Shown here piece after piece: positions 28,724-39,251 of a stretch of 64,000 bases of DNA. The DNA is taken from the sequence record SRR31156797_1282; one strand, written 5' to 3'. The notes under the pieces are model-generated. The model was not told the DNA's origin, did no database searches, and saw only the letters and a list, made by a program, of their open reading frames with translations. Position 1 is the stretch's first letter; every line of letters begins with the position of its first letter. The position numbers and the translations under genes were made by a program.

Positions 28724-29512
28724 TTATTCTTTCATTCTCCTTAGAATGTCGACAAGTTCAGAGGGTTCAGCCCTATTTCTATAATCTGCATCTAGAAAAG
28801 CATAGACTATTGTTCCTTCCTGACTTATGATGTATGTTGCAGCCAAAGGGAGCTCATTTGAATCATCACCATTATATTGGGAAAGGTTAAACTTTTTATT
28901 ATAAATTTCTGCTACTTCAGGAGTTAACTCGAACACAACACCATATTCTTTTGCAATTTTATTCCCAATATCACTTAGAACTTCAAATTTCAAATTATGT
29001 TTCTCTGCGGTGGTAATAGAACTATCCGGCAACTCAGGGGTAAGTGCAATTAAATTTGCTCCATATTCCCTTATATTAGGCAATTCTTCTTGTAATTGAT
29101 GTAGTGTTAAATTGCAGTAAGGACACCAACCACCTCTATACCATGTTAATATCACCGGACCTTTCTTCAGATATTGATCCAATTCAATTGTTTTACCCAG
29201 AGCGTTGTTCAATTTAAAGTTTGAAGCTTTTTCACCAACTTGTTTTGCATTATCTATTATTCCGATATTTTCCACCGCCTCAATACCTTCTTTGTATATT
29301 TTTTTGGTTTTTTCATCTGCTTTGGCTGCAAAATTATTTTTCCTTTCATCCAACAAAGACTTTAAAGTTGGGCTTTTTAGTGAATCAGCTTTGATATTGA
29401 TTTTCATTTTCTCATCTTTTTTTGTAACATCAATCTGTTTATGGTCTGTGTTATTGCAAGAAAGAAAACTAATAAACAGAACACTGAAAATAAAATAGTT
29501 TAATTTTTTCAT
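28724..29512 (-). CDS. Peroxiredoxin-like (AhpC/TSA) lipoprotein
   Basis: FLSC lipobox; WYRGGWCPYC; DYRNRAEP. Confidence 0.88.
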   Translation of the reverse strand: MKKLNYFIFSVLFISFLSCNNTDHKQIDVTKKDEKMKINIKADSLKSPTLKSLLDERKNNFAAKADEKTKKIYKEGIEAVENIGIIDNAKQVGEKASNFKLNNALGKTIELDQYLKKGPVILTWYRGGWCPYCNLTLHQLQEELPNIREYGANLIALTPELPDSSITTAEKHNLKFEVLSDIGNKIAKEYGVVFELTPEVAEIYNKKFNLSQYNGDDSNELPLAATYIISQEGTIVYAFLDADYRNRAEPSELVDILRRMKE

Positions 29513-29647
29513 TTATTTGGTTTTATTGAATCTACACAATTCATACTTATAGAACTTTTTATCTTATTTAAAACAAACTAAAGTTTTAAAAGTTGATCAA
29601 AAGTTAAGTATTATTCTGCGACTAATTAATTTACTAAATTTTGAAAA

Positions 29648-29679
29648 AGAAAGGAGTCGAACCAAACCCGACCCCTTTT
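29648..29679 (-). terminator. Intrinsic terminator after the TonB-dependent receptor
   Basis: AAAGGAGTCG...CGACCCCTTT hairpin; an A-tract lies on its left (T-tract on the minus strand). Confidence 0.5.
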
Positions 29680-29701
29680 ACAATTACGTAAGCTTGCTTT
29701 C

Positions 29702-32002
29702 TTAAAAAGCAAATTTAAGCCCACCCAAAAATACACCACCAACCTTATCGGTGAACAAAAATTCATTACTAGTCTGGTTAGTTAAGTTTCTGCAGTTTAC
29801 GTAAACATCCATCCAGTTTGTTAGTTGGTATGATACTTTTAAATTTACAATCAGCTTGGGATCTATTTTTACCTCTAAATAATCTTGTCCAAATGTATAG
29901 AACGTTTTCTGTTTGGAGTATCCATAGAATGATGCATTGAAATATAATTTTTCAAATGGTTTATAGAATACGTTTGCTCCTCCATAAAAAGCCGGAGTGT
30001 AATTATGATCAAATGAAAGCGTTTCCAGCGTTTCGTCATCTTCTCCTGGATCTAAAGTTTCACCAGTAATAGCCTCATAAAATGAAGGACTTGTAACCTC
30101 ATAATTTTTAATTCTGGTATGTTGGTATGTTCCAAATATAGAGGCGTTAAATTTATCATTAGCTACATATTTCACACTTAGTGTTGTTCCAAATTGTTCA
30201 GACTTCATATCTAAATTTTGCATCTGTTCCTCGATAATCATCTCAGGTTGTTGTTGTCCCCCACCCGATTGATTTTCGCTCATGTCACTAACAAGCTGAG
30301 TATAATTTTCTGCCTCATTGTAAAAAAGTGATAAATCAGCCTGAATTTTCTTACCAACCTTTTGCCTCACACCAAATTCATACATTTGCATTTCCAAAGG
30401 TGCTAAATCAGTATTTCCCGATTTTGATATCGTTAGTGTTCCATCCTGACCCATAGGAAGAGGTAATTCAAGATCTTTGTTCATGTATGTATTTAACACA
30501 AACAAACCTGAATTTGCTTTAGAGGCAACTGCACGTAATAGTGTGTTTTCACTAAACTTATACGAAGCAGCAAATTGGAATGATGTATAGTTTCTTTTCA
30601 CTTTGTAAAAATATCCTTGCATTACTGCTCCAACCAATCTTAACTTTTCAAAAGCAGTATAGTCCACTCTCAAACTCCCTTGTATTGTACCCATTGATGA
30701 ACTTCCGTTAAGCAATCCACTATTCGACTCTGTATCAACATAATCTTCATCTGAATAATGATTGTAATTAGCATCAATTCCAGGACGAATTACTAGGTTT
30801 TTATATTTAAAATTATACCCCATCTTACCATTTAACTCCATAAAATCGTATTCGTACCCTGGTAACCCTTGAATGGCATTTATATGTCCTGACAAGCTTG
30901 ATAAATTTGCATCGAAATTACCGGCTGTTAAATTAAGATTGTTGCCAAATGTAGAAGACTCTCTTCGCGAAATAACAGAACCCAGATCCATGTAGGCTGT
31001 TTGTACGGATGAATTTTGGTAGGATCCCATATAACTTACCTGTAATTTTTCAGTTGGTTGATAATTAGCCATCAGGTTTACAGCACCTTTTTTTACAGCA
31101 TTTGCATAATCAGTGCTCATTAATGAAGCATCATAAGTTGTATCCATGGCAGCATTGATTTCACCTACCTCCTCACCTGTAGCATACTGATCCATTTGTG
31201 GAATGTAATATGTCTCCTGAAATCGATCAGCGTTTTCAACATTAGCCGAAAGTCTAAAATCTAGTTTGTTTTTCTTGTAAGTAACTGCACCTTGTGCTAT
31301 TTGAGTATTATAATTACCCATTTGTATATCAGCTGTAGAAGTAAATCCCTCTTTAGTGACCTTTTTCGTAATTAAATGAATAACACCCGAAACAGCATTA
31401 GGGCCATAAAGAGCGGATGCTGGACCGTAAATTATTTCGATCTTTTCCAAATCATTAATACTCACTGGCAAATTTTCCCAAAATGTAGCACCAAGAAAAT
31501 TATTATATACAGGCCGGTTATCAATCATAATTAATGTGGTTGAATTTACTGTATTGGTAAGATCTGTGCCCGGAGGAATATAATCGTTGCCTCGAATATG
31601 AACATCGTAATTTCCATTGGTTTTCTCCCTTACAATAATTCCTGGAGCTAGGCGCAAAGCTTCTGGTATGTTTCGAGCACCTGATTGTTCCAACTCATGC
31701 TTTGTAATAACAGTAGTAGCCAATGGTGCATCAAATACATCCTCAACCATTTTTGAAGCAGTTGATTGTGATGGATTTAAAAGAGCATATAACTCTTCCA
31801 GTGATGAAAGCTTGAACTTCTCAACCAATTGAATTAATTGATCGAAAGGCAGTTGAACTAAATCTTCTTTAGTCATTGTTTTGATTTCCTCTAGCGTAAG
31901 CTTATTCACATTAATTATGGGCTCATTTTGAGACATCCCGTAATTATTAGATAGAACAGCAAGCAGAATCGTTATACTGAGTATTATTAGACTTTTAATC
32001 AT
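29702..32002 (-). CDS. TonB-dependent receptor
   Basis: Plug motifs TVIT..EL..SGA..IPEALRLAPG, IRG, KIEIIYGPASALYG.NA.SGVIHLITK; C-terminal Phe. Confidence 0.92.
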   Translation of the reverse strand: MIKSLIILSITILLAVLSNNYGMSQNEPIINVNKLTLEEIKTMTKEDLVQLPFDQLIQLVEKFKLSSLEELYALLNPSQSTASKMVEDVFDAPLATTVITKHELEQSGARNIPEALRLAPGIIVREKTNGNYDVHIRGNDYIPPGTDLTNTVNSTTLIMIDNRPVYNNFLGATFWENLPVSINDLEKIEIIYGPASALYGPNAVSGVIHLITKKVTKEGFTSTADIQMGNYNTQIAQGAVTYKKNKLDFRLSANVENADRFQETYYIPQMDQYATGEEVGEINAAMDTTYDASLMSTDYANAVKKGAVNLMANYQPTEKLQVSYMGSYQNSSVQTAYMDLGSVISRRESSTFGNNLNLTAGNFDANLSSLSGHINAIQGLPGYEYDFMELNGKMGYNFKYKNLVIRPGIDANYNHYSDEDYVDTESNSGLLNGSSSMGTIQGSLRVDYTAFEKLRLVGAVMQGYFYKVKRNYTSFQFAASYKFSENTLLRAVASKANSGLFVLNTYMNKDLELPLPMGQDGTLTISKSGNTDLAPLEMQMYEFGVRQKVGKKIQADLSLFYNEAENYTQLVSDMSENQSGGGQQQPEMIIEEQMQNLDMKSEQFGTTLSVKYVANDKFNASIFGTYQHTRIKNYEVTSPSFYEAITGETLDPGEDDETLETLSFDHNYTPAFYGGANVFYKPFEKLYFNASFYGYSKQKTFYTFGQDYLEVKIDPKLIVNLKVSYQLTNWMDVYVNCRNLTNQTSNEFLFTDKVGGVFLGGLKFAF

Positions 32003-32013
32003 ATTTTCTTCCT

Positions 32014-32514
32014 TTATTCTATTTCTATTACTTTGCCCAATTGAAGTAAAGATTTTGATACTTTAAGTTTCTTCTTACTGATATTATTAGGATAAATTTC
32101 AAATGATAATTTTTCTGAATTATCAATAAAATTTATTCCAAACCCCTTTAATCCCTGTTTATCACCAATTAATAAAATAGGTTTTGATTCGGTCTTTTGT
32201 CTAATTTCACCGGCCAATTTTATTGCATCTCTTCCTATGTAAATCATATTAATATTTTCGACAGTTAGTTCATATGGATCTAATAATACAATTTTAATAT
32301 TACGCCCTGCCATAGACCTATTATTAGTTAATTCATTTAACTCTTTAGTTAAAGGTCTTGCACCAACAACTCCTATTACAAAAGAATCGAATTGATTAGG
32401 CCATTCAACAAGTTTTGCAATATTATAAATAAACAGTGATTGGAACTTATAATTTTGCCCCAGCATAGTGATGAACGGTGCCATAAACATCAGTAAAATG
32501 AGTAGTCTCTTCAT
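32014..32514 (-). CDS. YfiR-like (DUF4154) periplasmic protein
   Basis: FIYNIAKLVEWP, FVIGVVG, INF......LSFEI, LKVSKSLLQL. Confidence 0.8.
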   Translation of the reverse strand: MKRLLILLMFMAPFITMLGQNYKFQSLFIYNIAKLVEWPNQFDSFVIGVVGARPLTKELNELTNNRSMAGRNIKIVLLDPYELTVENINMIYIGRDAIKLAGEIRQKTESKPILLIGDKQGLKGFGINFIDNSEKLSFEIYPNNISKKKLKVSKSLLQLGKVIEIE

Positions 32515-32615
32515 TCGTTATATAGTTTTAGTTGATTAGATTTACTTGCATAATTGCAAATTCAATCATTTAACATAAACGAATATAACTACCACTTGAA
32601 TCACCTTAAAATGTA

Positions 32616-32647
32616 TTCGACAGTTGCGTGCTTTTTTTCGACGGTTG
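32616..32647. promoter_or_regulatory. Direct repeat at 21-bp period; putative LytTR operator
   Basis: TTCGACAGTTG (32616) and TTCGACGGTTG (32637), about 100 bp upstream of the YfiR-like gene. Confidence 0.65.
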
Positions 32648-32775
32648 GTTGATTTTTTCAGCTAAAATAAATATTAGGGTTTTGAATTTATTGTAAATTT
32701 CGAAATGCTGAAGAATTTTAATTGCAGCACAATTAAAGTAAATCTAAACTATTGGATGATTATAAATTAATAGAA

Positions 32776-34116
32776 TCATTTAAATGAAGGTATTATAAAA
32801 TAAAAACTCGATCCCTCTCCCGGAGTACTTTTAATATTAAATGACCCATTATGTTTTGCAATAAATTCTTTACATAGCACAAGGCCCAATCCAGTGCCTT
32901 TTTCATTATTCGTACCCTGATTTGAAAATATCACATCTGAATTTAAAATCTTGTTTTTATCTTCATCAGAAATTCCAACCCCAGAATCAACAACTGATAT
33001 TTTTGTCTTTCCATTCATTTTTTCTACCATTACCTTAATTTGCCCTCCTGAGTTTGTAAATTTAATAGCGTTACCAATCAAATTTCGTAAAACCGTTTGA
33101 ATCATAAATTTATCCCCACAAATTATAAAATCGGAATCACATTGGATAGCAAGTTCTAGTTTCTTTTTAACAATCTTAGGTTGAAACAACTCAATAATAT
33201 CTTTAATCATCGAATCAACTTGAATTTTCTCAGGCATAAATTTAAGTCTTCCTGTTTGAATTTGCATCCATTCCAATAAGTTGTTTAATAAAGTTAAACT
33301 TTGTTGAGCAGTGGTTTTTAGCATTTCACTATGTTCCTTCATAGAACCATACTCTTTCTTTTTACTATTATCTAATATTAAATCAGAAAGCCCTAATATA
33401 GCAGTATATGGACTACGCAAATCATGTGATATTATTGAGAATATTTTTTCTCTTGCGGCATTCATTAAACACAAACGTTTGTTTTGAAATTCATAACGAA
33501 TAAATAAAAACAAAATTGGCCACAAGTAGCTTAGAAGGAAAAATATAGTTATTGTAATACTCCTAATCATGTTGGGAAACATTATATCTGCAGTATCTTC
33601 CTTTAAAATGTGGGTTAAACCCTTCAAAACAAAAAAACTCCCCACAACAGCTGCCATTACAACTGTCACAATTTGCATATGAGTTCTTTCAGATAAAAAA
33701 AGAATTTTGGTAGCAGCATATAAAACGAAAAATGCAATACAAAATGAGTGGAGGGCATAACGAACAAATTCAGGTTTATAAAAAAGTAGCATTGCAGATA
33801 AAACAACCAAAGCTATTCCTATCAAATAAAAAAGCTCTTTCGATATTTTCTCTTGCGTAACATTAACTAGAACATATACTTCGAGAGCGAGTCCTATGAA
33901 AAGCAATATATTGCCAAATATAACAGATATAACTAATGAAATTTCGGGACGAAATAAAATAAACAACCAGGAAAAACTTTGTAAAAACTTTCCTACAATA
34001 AGAAGTCCAAATTGAATATCATTATTCCGGTAAAGAATACGAAAAACAAAAAGAAATATTGCAATCAAAAAGTTTGATAAAACCAATAGTAAAACAATGG
34101 TCTCAAATTTTATCAT
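32776..34116 (-). CDS. Multi-TM sensor histidine kinase (HisKA/HATPase)
   Basis: About 7 TM helices; ISHDLRSP, NLIGNAIKF, DSGVG, GTGLGL. Confidence 0.92.
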   Translation of the reverse strand: MIKFETIVLLLVLSNFLIAIFLFVFRILYRNNDIQFGLLIVGKFLQSFSWLFILFRPEISLVISVIFGNILLFIGLALEVYVLVNVTQEKISKELFYLIGIALVVLSAMLLFYKPEFVRYALHSFCIAFFVLYAATKILFLSERTHMQIVTVVMAAVVGSFFVLKGLTHILKEDTADIMFPNMIRSITITIFFLLSYLWPILFLFIRYEFQNKRLCLMNAAREKIFSIISHDLRSPYTAILGLSDLILDNSKKKEYGSMKEHSEMLKTTAQQSLTLLNNLLEWMQIQTGRLKFMPEKIQVDSMIKDIIELFQPKIVKKKLELAIQCDSDFIICGDKFMIQTVLRNLIGNAIKFTNSGGQIKVMVEKMNGKTKISVVDSGVGISDEDKNKILNSDVIFSNQGTNNEKGTGLGLVLCKEFIAKHNGSFNIKSTPGEGSSFYFIIPSFK

Positions 34117-34191
34117 TCTATTTTAATTGATTTATTTCAATCAAATTACCTCAAATAGACTAAAAGACCAAATATTTTTTCTAGCAAATGG

Positions 34192-34908
34192 TTACTTCAG
34201 GAAATTATCTTCAAGGTATTTTTGAAACTCATCCTTGTATTGATCGCTTATTGGAATGTACACATCCTTATCAAATACAATTCGATTGCGTTCAATGGTT
34301 TGTATTTTATCAAGATTTACTATATAGGAACGATGAACACGCATAAAGCTTGAGGATGGTAAATGTTCAATAATTTTACGCATGTTTAGTAATGTCATAA
34401 TTGGTTTCTCATTTGCCAAATGGATACGCACATAATCGCGCATACCTTCAATATATTTTATGTCATTTATATTAATTCTCACTATTTTATATTCCGACTT
34501 AATAAACAAGAATTTATCATCGTGTTTGATGCTCTCAGGAAGAGTATTTTCAGTAAAATATCGGTCTTTTGTTTTTCCTACTGCCTTAAAAAAAGCAGCA
34601 AATGATATCGGTTTAACTAAATAATCTGCAGCATCAACCTGAAAACCCTCAACTGCATATTCACGGTAAGCTGTAGTAAATATTACTTTTGGCGGTTTGC
34701 TGAGTGATTTAACAAATTCCATTCCTGTTAAATCAGGCATATTGATATCAACAAACATTAAGTCAACTTCATTATTCTGTAAAAACGCTAAAGCTTTTAC
34801 AGCACCAGAGAAGCTTTCCAAAAGATTTAAGTATGGTACTTTTTCAATATAACTATTCAATTGTCTAAGAGCCAATGGCTCATCATCTATTGCTATACAG
34901 GTTATCAT
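34192..34908 (-). CDS. LytTR family response regulator
   Basis: IAIDDEP, FVDINMP, DYLVKP, FMRVHRSYIV; paralog of 24270-24995. Confidence 0.95.
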   Translation of the reverse strand: MITCIAIDDEPLALRQLNSYIEKVPYLNLLESFSGAVKALAFLQNNEVDLMFVDINMPDLTGMEFVKSLSKPPKVIFTTAYREYAVEGFQVDAADYLVKPISFAAFFKAVGKTKDRYFTENTLPESIKHDDKFLFIKSEYKIVRININDIKYIEGMRDYVRIHLANEKPIMTLLNMRKIIEHLPSSSFMRVHRSYIVNLDKIQTIERNRIVFDKDVYIPISDQYKDEFQKYLEDNFLK

Positions 34909-35981
34909 ACTGGAATAGTTAAGTTAACTTTAAAAACATTATTTTTCTTATCAATAGTTAATTCATAATTATCGTTAAATAACAAATCAAGTCTATTGCG
35001 TGTATTTTCAATTCCTATACCTGAATTCTTATTTTGTTTTATCTCCTGATGAATTCTGTTTTCAACTTGAAACACAAGATGATTATCATTTACATTTAAT
35101 TTAATGTGTATAAATGAGGGGTTCTGATAGCTAATTCCATATTTAAACGCATTTTCGATAAATGAAATAGTTAAAAGTGGCGGTATCTTTACCTGCGGTA
35201 TATTTTCAGGGATTTCTAATTGTAAATCCACATCATCTGTAATACGTAATCTCATTAACTCCACATAACTCCGTGTAAAGTCTATCTCTTGTATAAGCGA
35301 TATTTTTTGAGACTGTGACTCATACAACATATAATCCATCATTTGTGAAAGTTTAATGATAGCTTCTTTAGCCTCCTCTGTGTCAATATCAACCAATGCA
35401 TGAATATTATTCAGGGTATTCATGAAAAAATGAGGGCTTATCTGATTTTGTAAAAAGGCCATTTTATTAGCAATGCTTTCACGTTCAATTTTCAATTTAT
35501 TTTGCTCTGAAACCATCCATTTACTAAAAAACATCAAACCGGAATCGAAACCAATAAGTAAAACACTCATTATAATGAGATTTGCATAAGGTGGTATAAA
35601 CTCTCTTGGCCTCGCTCCCCGTGGTGGCTCTATTGCATCTAAACCACTAGGCGGCAAGTCAAATTTCATACGTAGACCGGGTTGCCCAAAATAATGAGAA
35701 AGAAACAATAAACCCGAAAGAAGAATTATAATACCAGCAATAGCAACAAAATAGGTTCTACGCTTATCTTTAAAAAACAAATAGGGCATTAATACAAACC
35801 GATTAACGATAAATATGAAAAGCAATAGACTATATTCTTTCCATACTTTAAAAATATGATGCCAATTTATGCGGTCAGTTGATTCCCCAAAAAGTATAGG
35901 CATAGTAAAAAGTAATAGCCAAACCAATATAGCCAAGAGAATCTGGACTCGTTCTAAGTTATTTTTAATATACTTTTTCAT
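34905..35981 (-). CDS. LytS/YehU-type membrane histidine kinase
   Basis: LQNQISPHFFMNTLNNIH, SFIENAFKYG, GIGIEN; paralog of 23207-24277. Confidence 0.92.
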   Translation of the reverse strand: MKKYIKNNLERVQILLAILVWLLLFTMPILFGESTDRINWHHIFKVWKEYSLLLFIFIVNRFVLMPYLFFKDKRRTYFVAIAGIIILLSGLLFLSHYFGQPGLRMKFDLPPSGLDAIEPPRGARPREFIPPYANLIIMSVLLIGFDSGLMFFSKWMVSEQNKLKIERESIANKMAFLQNQISPHFFMNTLNNIHALVDIDTEEAKEAIIKLSQMMDYMLYESQSQKISLIQEIDFTRSYVELMRLRITDDVDLQLEIPENIPQVKIPPLLTISFIENAFKYGISYQNPSFIHIKLNVNDNHLVFQVENRIHQEIKQNKNSGIGIENTRNRLDLLFNDNYELTIDKKNNVFKVNLTIPV

Positions 35982-36214
35982 AATGGAACCCTATAAATAT
36001 ACAATTTGCTACATGAATATGCTTGTTTCCCGTACAATAAAAATTCATTTTACAACTCTTCAGCTTAAGTATTTAATGAAACCTAAACTAGGAATAGAAA
36101 AATTGTCTTTACTCCACAGCTAAGATTATTACAGCATTTGTTAAGGAAAAAGCCTTCGCATATAATAGCATTCATTCTACCTTGGTTATCACCTTTATCA
36201 AATTTTGAGTCTCA

Positions 36215-36598
36215 TTATCTTCTTGGAGGCCTTCTTTCACTTTGCTTTTTCAAATACGCCTCATATTGAATTTGTTGAGAGTCTGTTAATTCATCTTTCA
36301 CTTTTTTCTCAAAAGCTGCTTGCAATGCATCCATCTCTTCTCTTTTGGGACGACTATTACCCGAAGTTTTTTCTTTTACTGACTTAAAATGGGCCTTATA
36401 CAAATCAAGAATTATCATTTCTTGTTCATCACTAATTGTAATTGCATTTGCAAGTTCATCAACCATTTTTTCAATTTGCTTATCATTTGGAACTGGCGGA
36501 GGCCCCTGATGCCCTCTACCACCTCCTGGAGGCTGGGCAAACGAAACACTTCCTATAAGAAGAATGATTAGTACTAAAACTGATTTTATTGTTTTCAT
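36215..36598 (-). CDS. Small periplasmic Spy/CpxP-like helical protein
   Basis: Signal peptide; QPPGGGRGHQGPPP; ISDEQ and LTDSQ (LTxxQ-like); ends RRPPRR. Confidence 0.7.
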   Translation of the reverse strand: MKTIKSVLVLIILLIGSVSFAQPPGGGRGHQGPPPVPNDKQIEKMVDELANAITISDEQEMIILDLYKAHFKSVKEKTSGNSRPKREEMDALQAAFEKKVKDELTDSQQIQYEAYLKKQSERRPPRR

Positions 36599-36663
36599 AT
36601 CAATATCTATTTAGGTTTTTCATAAAATAAATATAACTTATCGGAGTGCCTTACTGAAAAGCA

Positions 36664-36695
36664 ATCGACGGTTTAGGAAGTTTTATCGATAGATT
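36664..36695. promoter_or_regulatory. Direct repeat at 21-bp period; putative LytTR operator
   Basis: ATCGACGGTTT (36664) and ATCGATAGATT (36685); same core as the 32616/32637 pair. Confidence 0.6.
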
Positions 36696-36781
36696 CTATA
36701 TCTGCTGCTATTTATAGAACCAGACTATCAATTTTTCTGTCTGCTATTTCCTGTAAAGAATATTTAATAAGATGGAAAAAT

Positions 36782-36811
36782 AGAGGGATGTATCAAAATA
36801 ATGCATCCCTC
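36782..36811 (-). terminator. Hairpin terminator after the cotH-like gene
   Basis: AGAGGGATG...CATCCCTCT, with an A-tract on its left. Confidence 0.65.
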
Positions 36812-36832
36812 TGAGTTGGTTTTATAATTGGT

Positions 36833-39106
36833 TTATAATTTCATTATTTTTTTGGTAAACAGTTTGCCATCTATATTCAATTGGCAAATCCAAATACCCG
36901 CACTTAAACTATTTGCATTCAATGATACCGTATGTTTTCCAGTAGAATATTGCTTAGAACCGATATACTCAACTGTTTGTCCGTAAATATCTGATATTAT
37001 AACAGAAACTTCAGCACCCTTGTCAATCGAAAACTCCAGGAATAAATTGTTTTTAAATGGGTTAGGATAAGTTTTAAACTCTATATCAGAAACTAACTCG
37101 AAGTCATCCAAACCTGTAATTGTGCTATAATTTTCACTTCCAAAAGTAGGCAGCATATAATAAAAATCACCAACACCATTCGGATATCGTCCCATAGTTG
37201 TATCTGCTTTCTGAATTCCGAATGTAACTTCATCAATTAAATTAAGTTCGTTATCAGACAATACTATCATTTCGCCATCAGCAGATAACTTTATATCAGC
37301 ATGCAATCCAACTTGCTCTTCATCTTTATCTGCCCAAATAACCAGATATCCACCAGCAGCGATAATTGTATCAGGAAAAACCCATGTATCTGGTTCTGAA
37401 GCATCATCAGAAAGATAATATCCTGCTAAATTAATATCTGTATCACTATTGTTATAAAGCTCAATCCAGTCGTCGTAATCTCCATCCTGATCTGCCATAT
37501 AAGACTCATTATCTGCCATAAACTCATTAATTACCAAATCACCAGTAATGCTTATGGTATAGAATTCATATTCGGCTTTTTTAGGTGAGAAAGCTACGGC
37601 ATCACTATTTTCTGCAAAAATATAGTATTGTACATCTGTAGAGCCGGCATTAATATAGGCCCCATAAGTACCGTCCGCCGCGTTTCCATCTCCATGGTCT
37701 CCATCGTCATACATCAATATTTTTTCAAAAACACCAAATGTATTTGTACGATAAGCAACATAAACATCATCAGCAGTAAGTACATCAGCGGTAATCAAAA
37801 ATTCAGATTTTGAATTTATACTACCAGGCCAGTCTATCACATTGGTTATCTCTGGTGCTGCAGCTTGAAAATCACTTAATCCCAAAAGATAACTAATTCG
37901 AGAATCCATGAGTTGTGTAATACCAACAATAGATTGTGGTCCATTGCCAACTGAACTGTTTATATTGTTGATGAAGTTATCATATGAATAAAACTTGTTC
38001 TCATCAGCTAAAACATCATCGTTTATTATGTCTTGTATTTCTAGTGCTCTCGCCTCATATTGACCATCAGCAAAATGGTCCTCTATTATAGTTTTCATGT
38101 GTGCCACATATATTTTCTTGTATTGATCGTTAGAAAGTATTTTACTGACAATAGGAAAATCGGCTTCATTTTCATTTCCAAACGGACTAAATTGCTGCAA
38201 TTGAGTAGTGCCTAAATTACCAAGTGTTTGATGATTAGCATAAACACCAAAACTTTCATTCAAATCCCATGGTATTGGATTAAAACGTCCGTTATCATCT
38301 TGATATAAATAATAGTTTTGCGGGTTATTAATTGGACCATCAAGGTTTACCATTAAATTTGAGAATGCCAGAAACCACAAATGACGATCTGTATTTAATA
38401 GCTCATCTATATATTCTGAATGATTAGTAAGAGTATCAAGCATATTAATTAGTTCTAGCCAACCATAATCAGATTTCATCTCATAATAATTAGCATAATC
38501 GGCAGAATCTGTTCCGAAATATTCCCACACACCGCCCGATGGAGGTTGTGTACTTGTAGTTAGCTCTCCTTTAATACGAGGATTCTCATCACTCCCAAAG
38601 TTATTTTGCATAAAGAATTTATCAACACTCTGATCGTTGGTATATAACCCAAGGTAAGTACCATTCACATAAACATTGGCATAGTTTGATTGGCTTGCTG
38701 GGAAATAATCGCGGGCAATTTCATAACTAAGCACTTCTCGTACAAAGCTCGGGTCTTTAAATACATTAGCAAGCTTTAATGTACCATAACCTTCAATTGT
38801 CTGATCATCAATAATATGATCGAGTTTAATATTAAAAGGATTTTTAACCTGATTAGAAGAATAAGTACTATTTCCTTTGTAACGTATTCCTACACTATCG
38901 AAGAATTGGCCGTTAATTTCTACAGAGCCTATCAATCGCTCTTCGTCACCAGCTTCATAAAGCTGATCAAGCAGATAATCCCAATTTGATTCCTCAAATG
39001 TGATCTCAATTGTATTGATCGTATTAATATCATAAAACCCTTGTCCGTAAGAACTACTTATCAAACCTCCAAAGATTAATAAAATGATAATTAAGTATTT
39101 TCTCAT
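36833..39106 (-). CDS. CotH kinase family protein with lamin-tail domain and T9SS CTD
   Basis: VGIRYKGNST, REVLSY, NYYLY...FNPIPWDLNESFG; VINEFMADN...DWIELYN; KTYPNPF...KKIMKL. Confidence 0.88.
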   Translation of the reverse strand: MRKYLIIILLIFGGLISSSYGQGFYDINTINTIEITFEESNWDYLLDQLYEAGDEERLIGSVEINGQFFDSVGIRYKGNSTYSSNQVKNPFNIKLDHIIDDQTIEGYGTLKLANVFKDPSFVREVLSYEIARDYFPASQSNYANVYVNGTYLGLYTNDQSVDKFFMQNNFGSDENPRIKGELTTSTQPPSGGVWEYFGTDSADYANYYEMKSDYGWLELINMLDTLTNHSEYIDELLNTDRHLWFLAFSNLMVNLDGPINNPQNYYLYQDDNGRFNPIPWDLNESFGVYANHQTLGNLGTTQLQQFSPFGNENEADFPIVSKILSNDQYKKIYVAHMKTIIEDHFADGQYEARALEIQDIINDDVLADENKFYSYDNFINNINSSVGNGPQSIVGITQLMDSRISYLLGLSDFQAAAPEITNVIDWPGSINSKSEFLITADVLTADDVYVAYRTNTFGVFEKILMYDDGDHGDGNAADGTYGAYINAGSTDVQYYIFAENSDAVAFSPKKAEYEFYTISITGDLVINEFMADNESYMADQDGDYDDWIELYNNSDTDINLAGYYLSDDASEPDTWVFPDTIIAAGGYLVIWADKDEEQVGLHADIKLSADGEMIVLSDNELNLIDEVTFGIQKADTTMGRYPNGVGDFYYMLPTFGSENYSTITGLDDFELVSDIEFKTYPNPFKNNLFLEFSIDKGAEVSVIISDIYGQTVEYIGSKQYSTGKHTVSLNANSLSAGIWICQLNIDGKLFTKKIMKL

Positions 39107-39251
39107 AATTTCAATTTTTATAATTTAAATATAAAGCAATTGTAAATATGCCTATTCTCCAATTATTATCTATGGTTTCCCATTTTTTATCTGCGAATAC
39201 CTGCATTTAATCCGCGAATAGAATATATATCTCATTATCAATAAATTGAAC

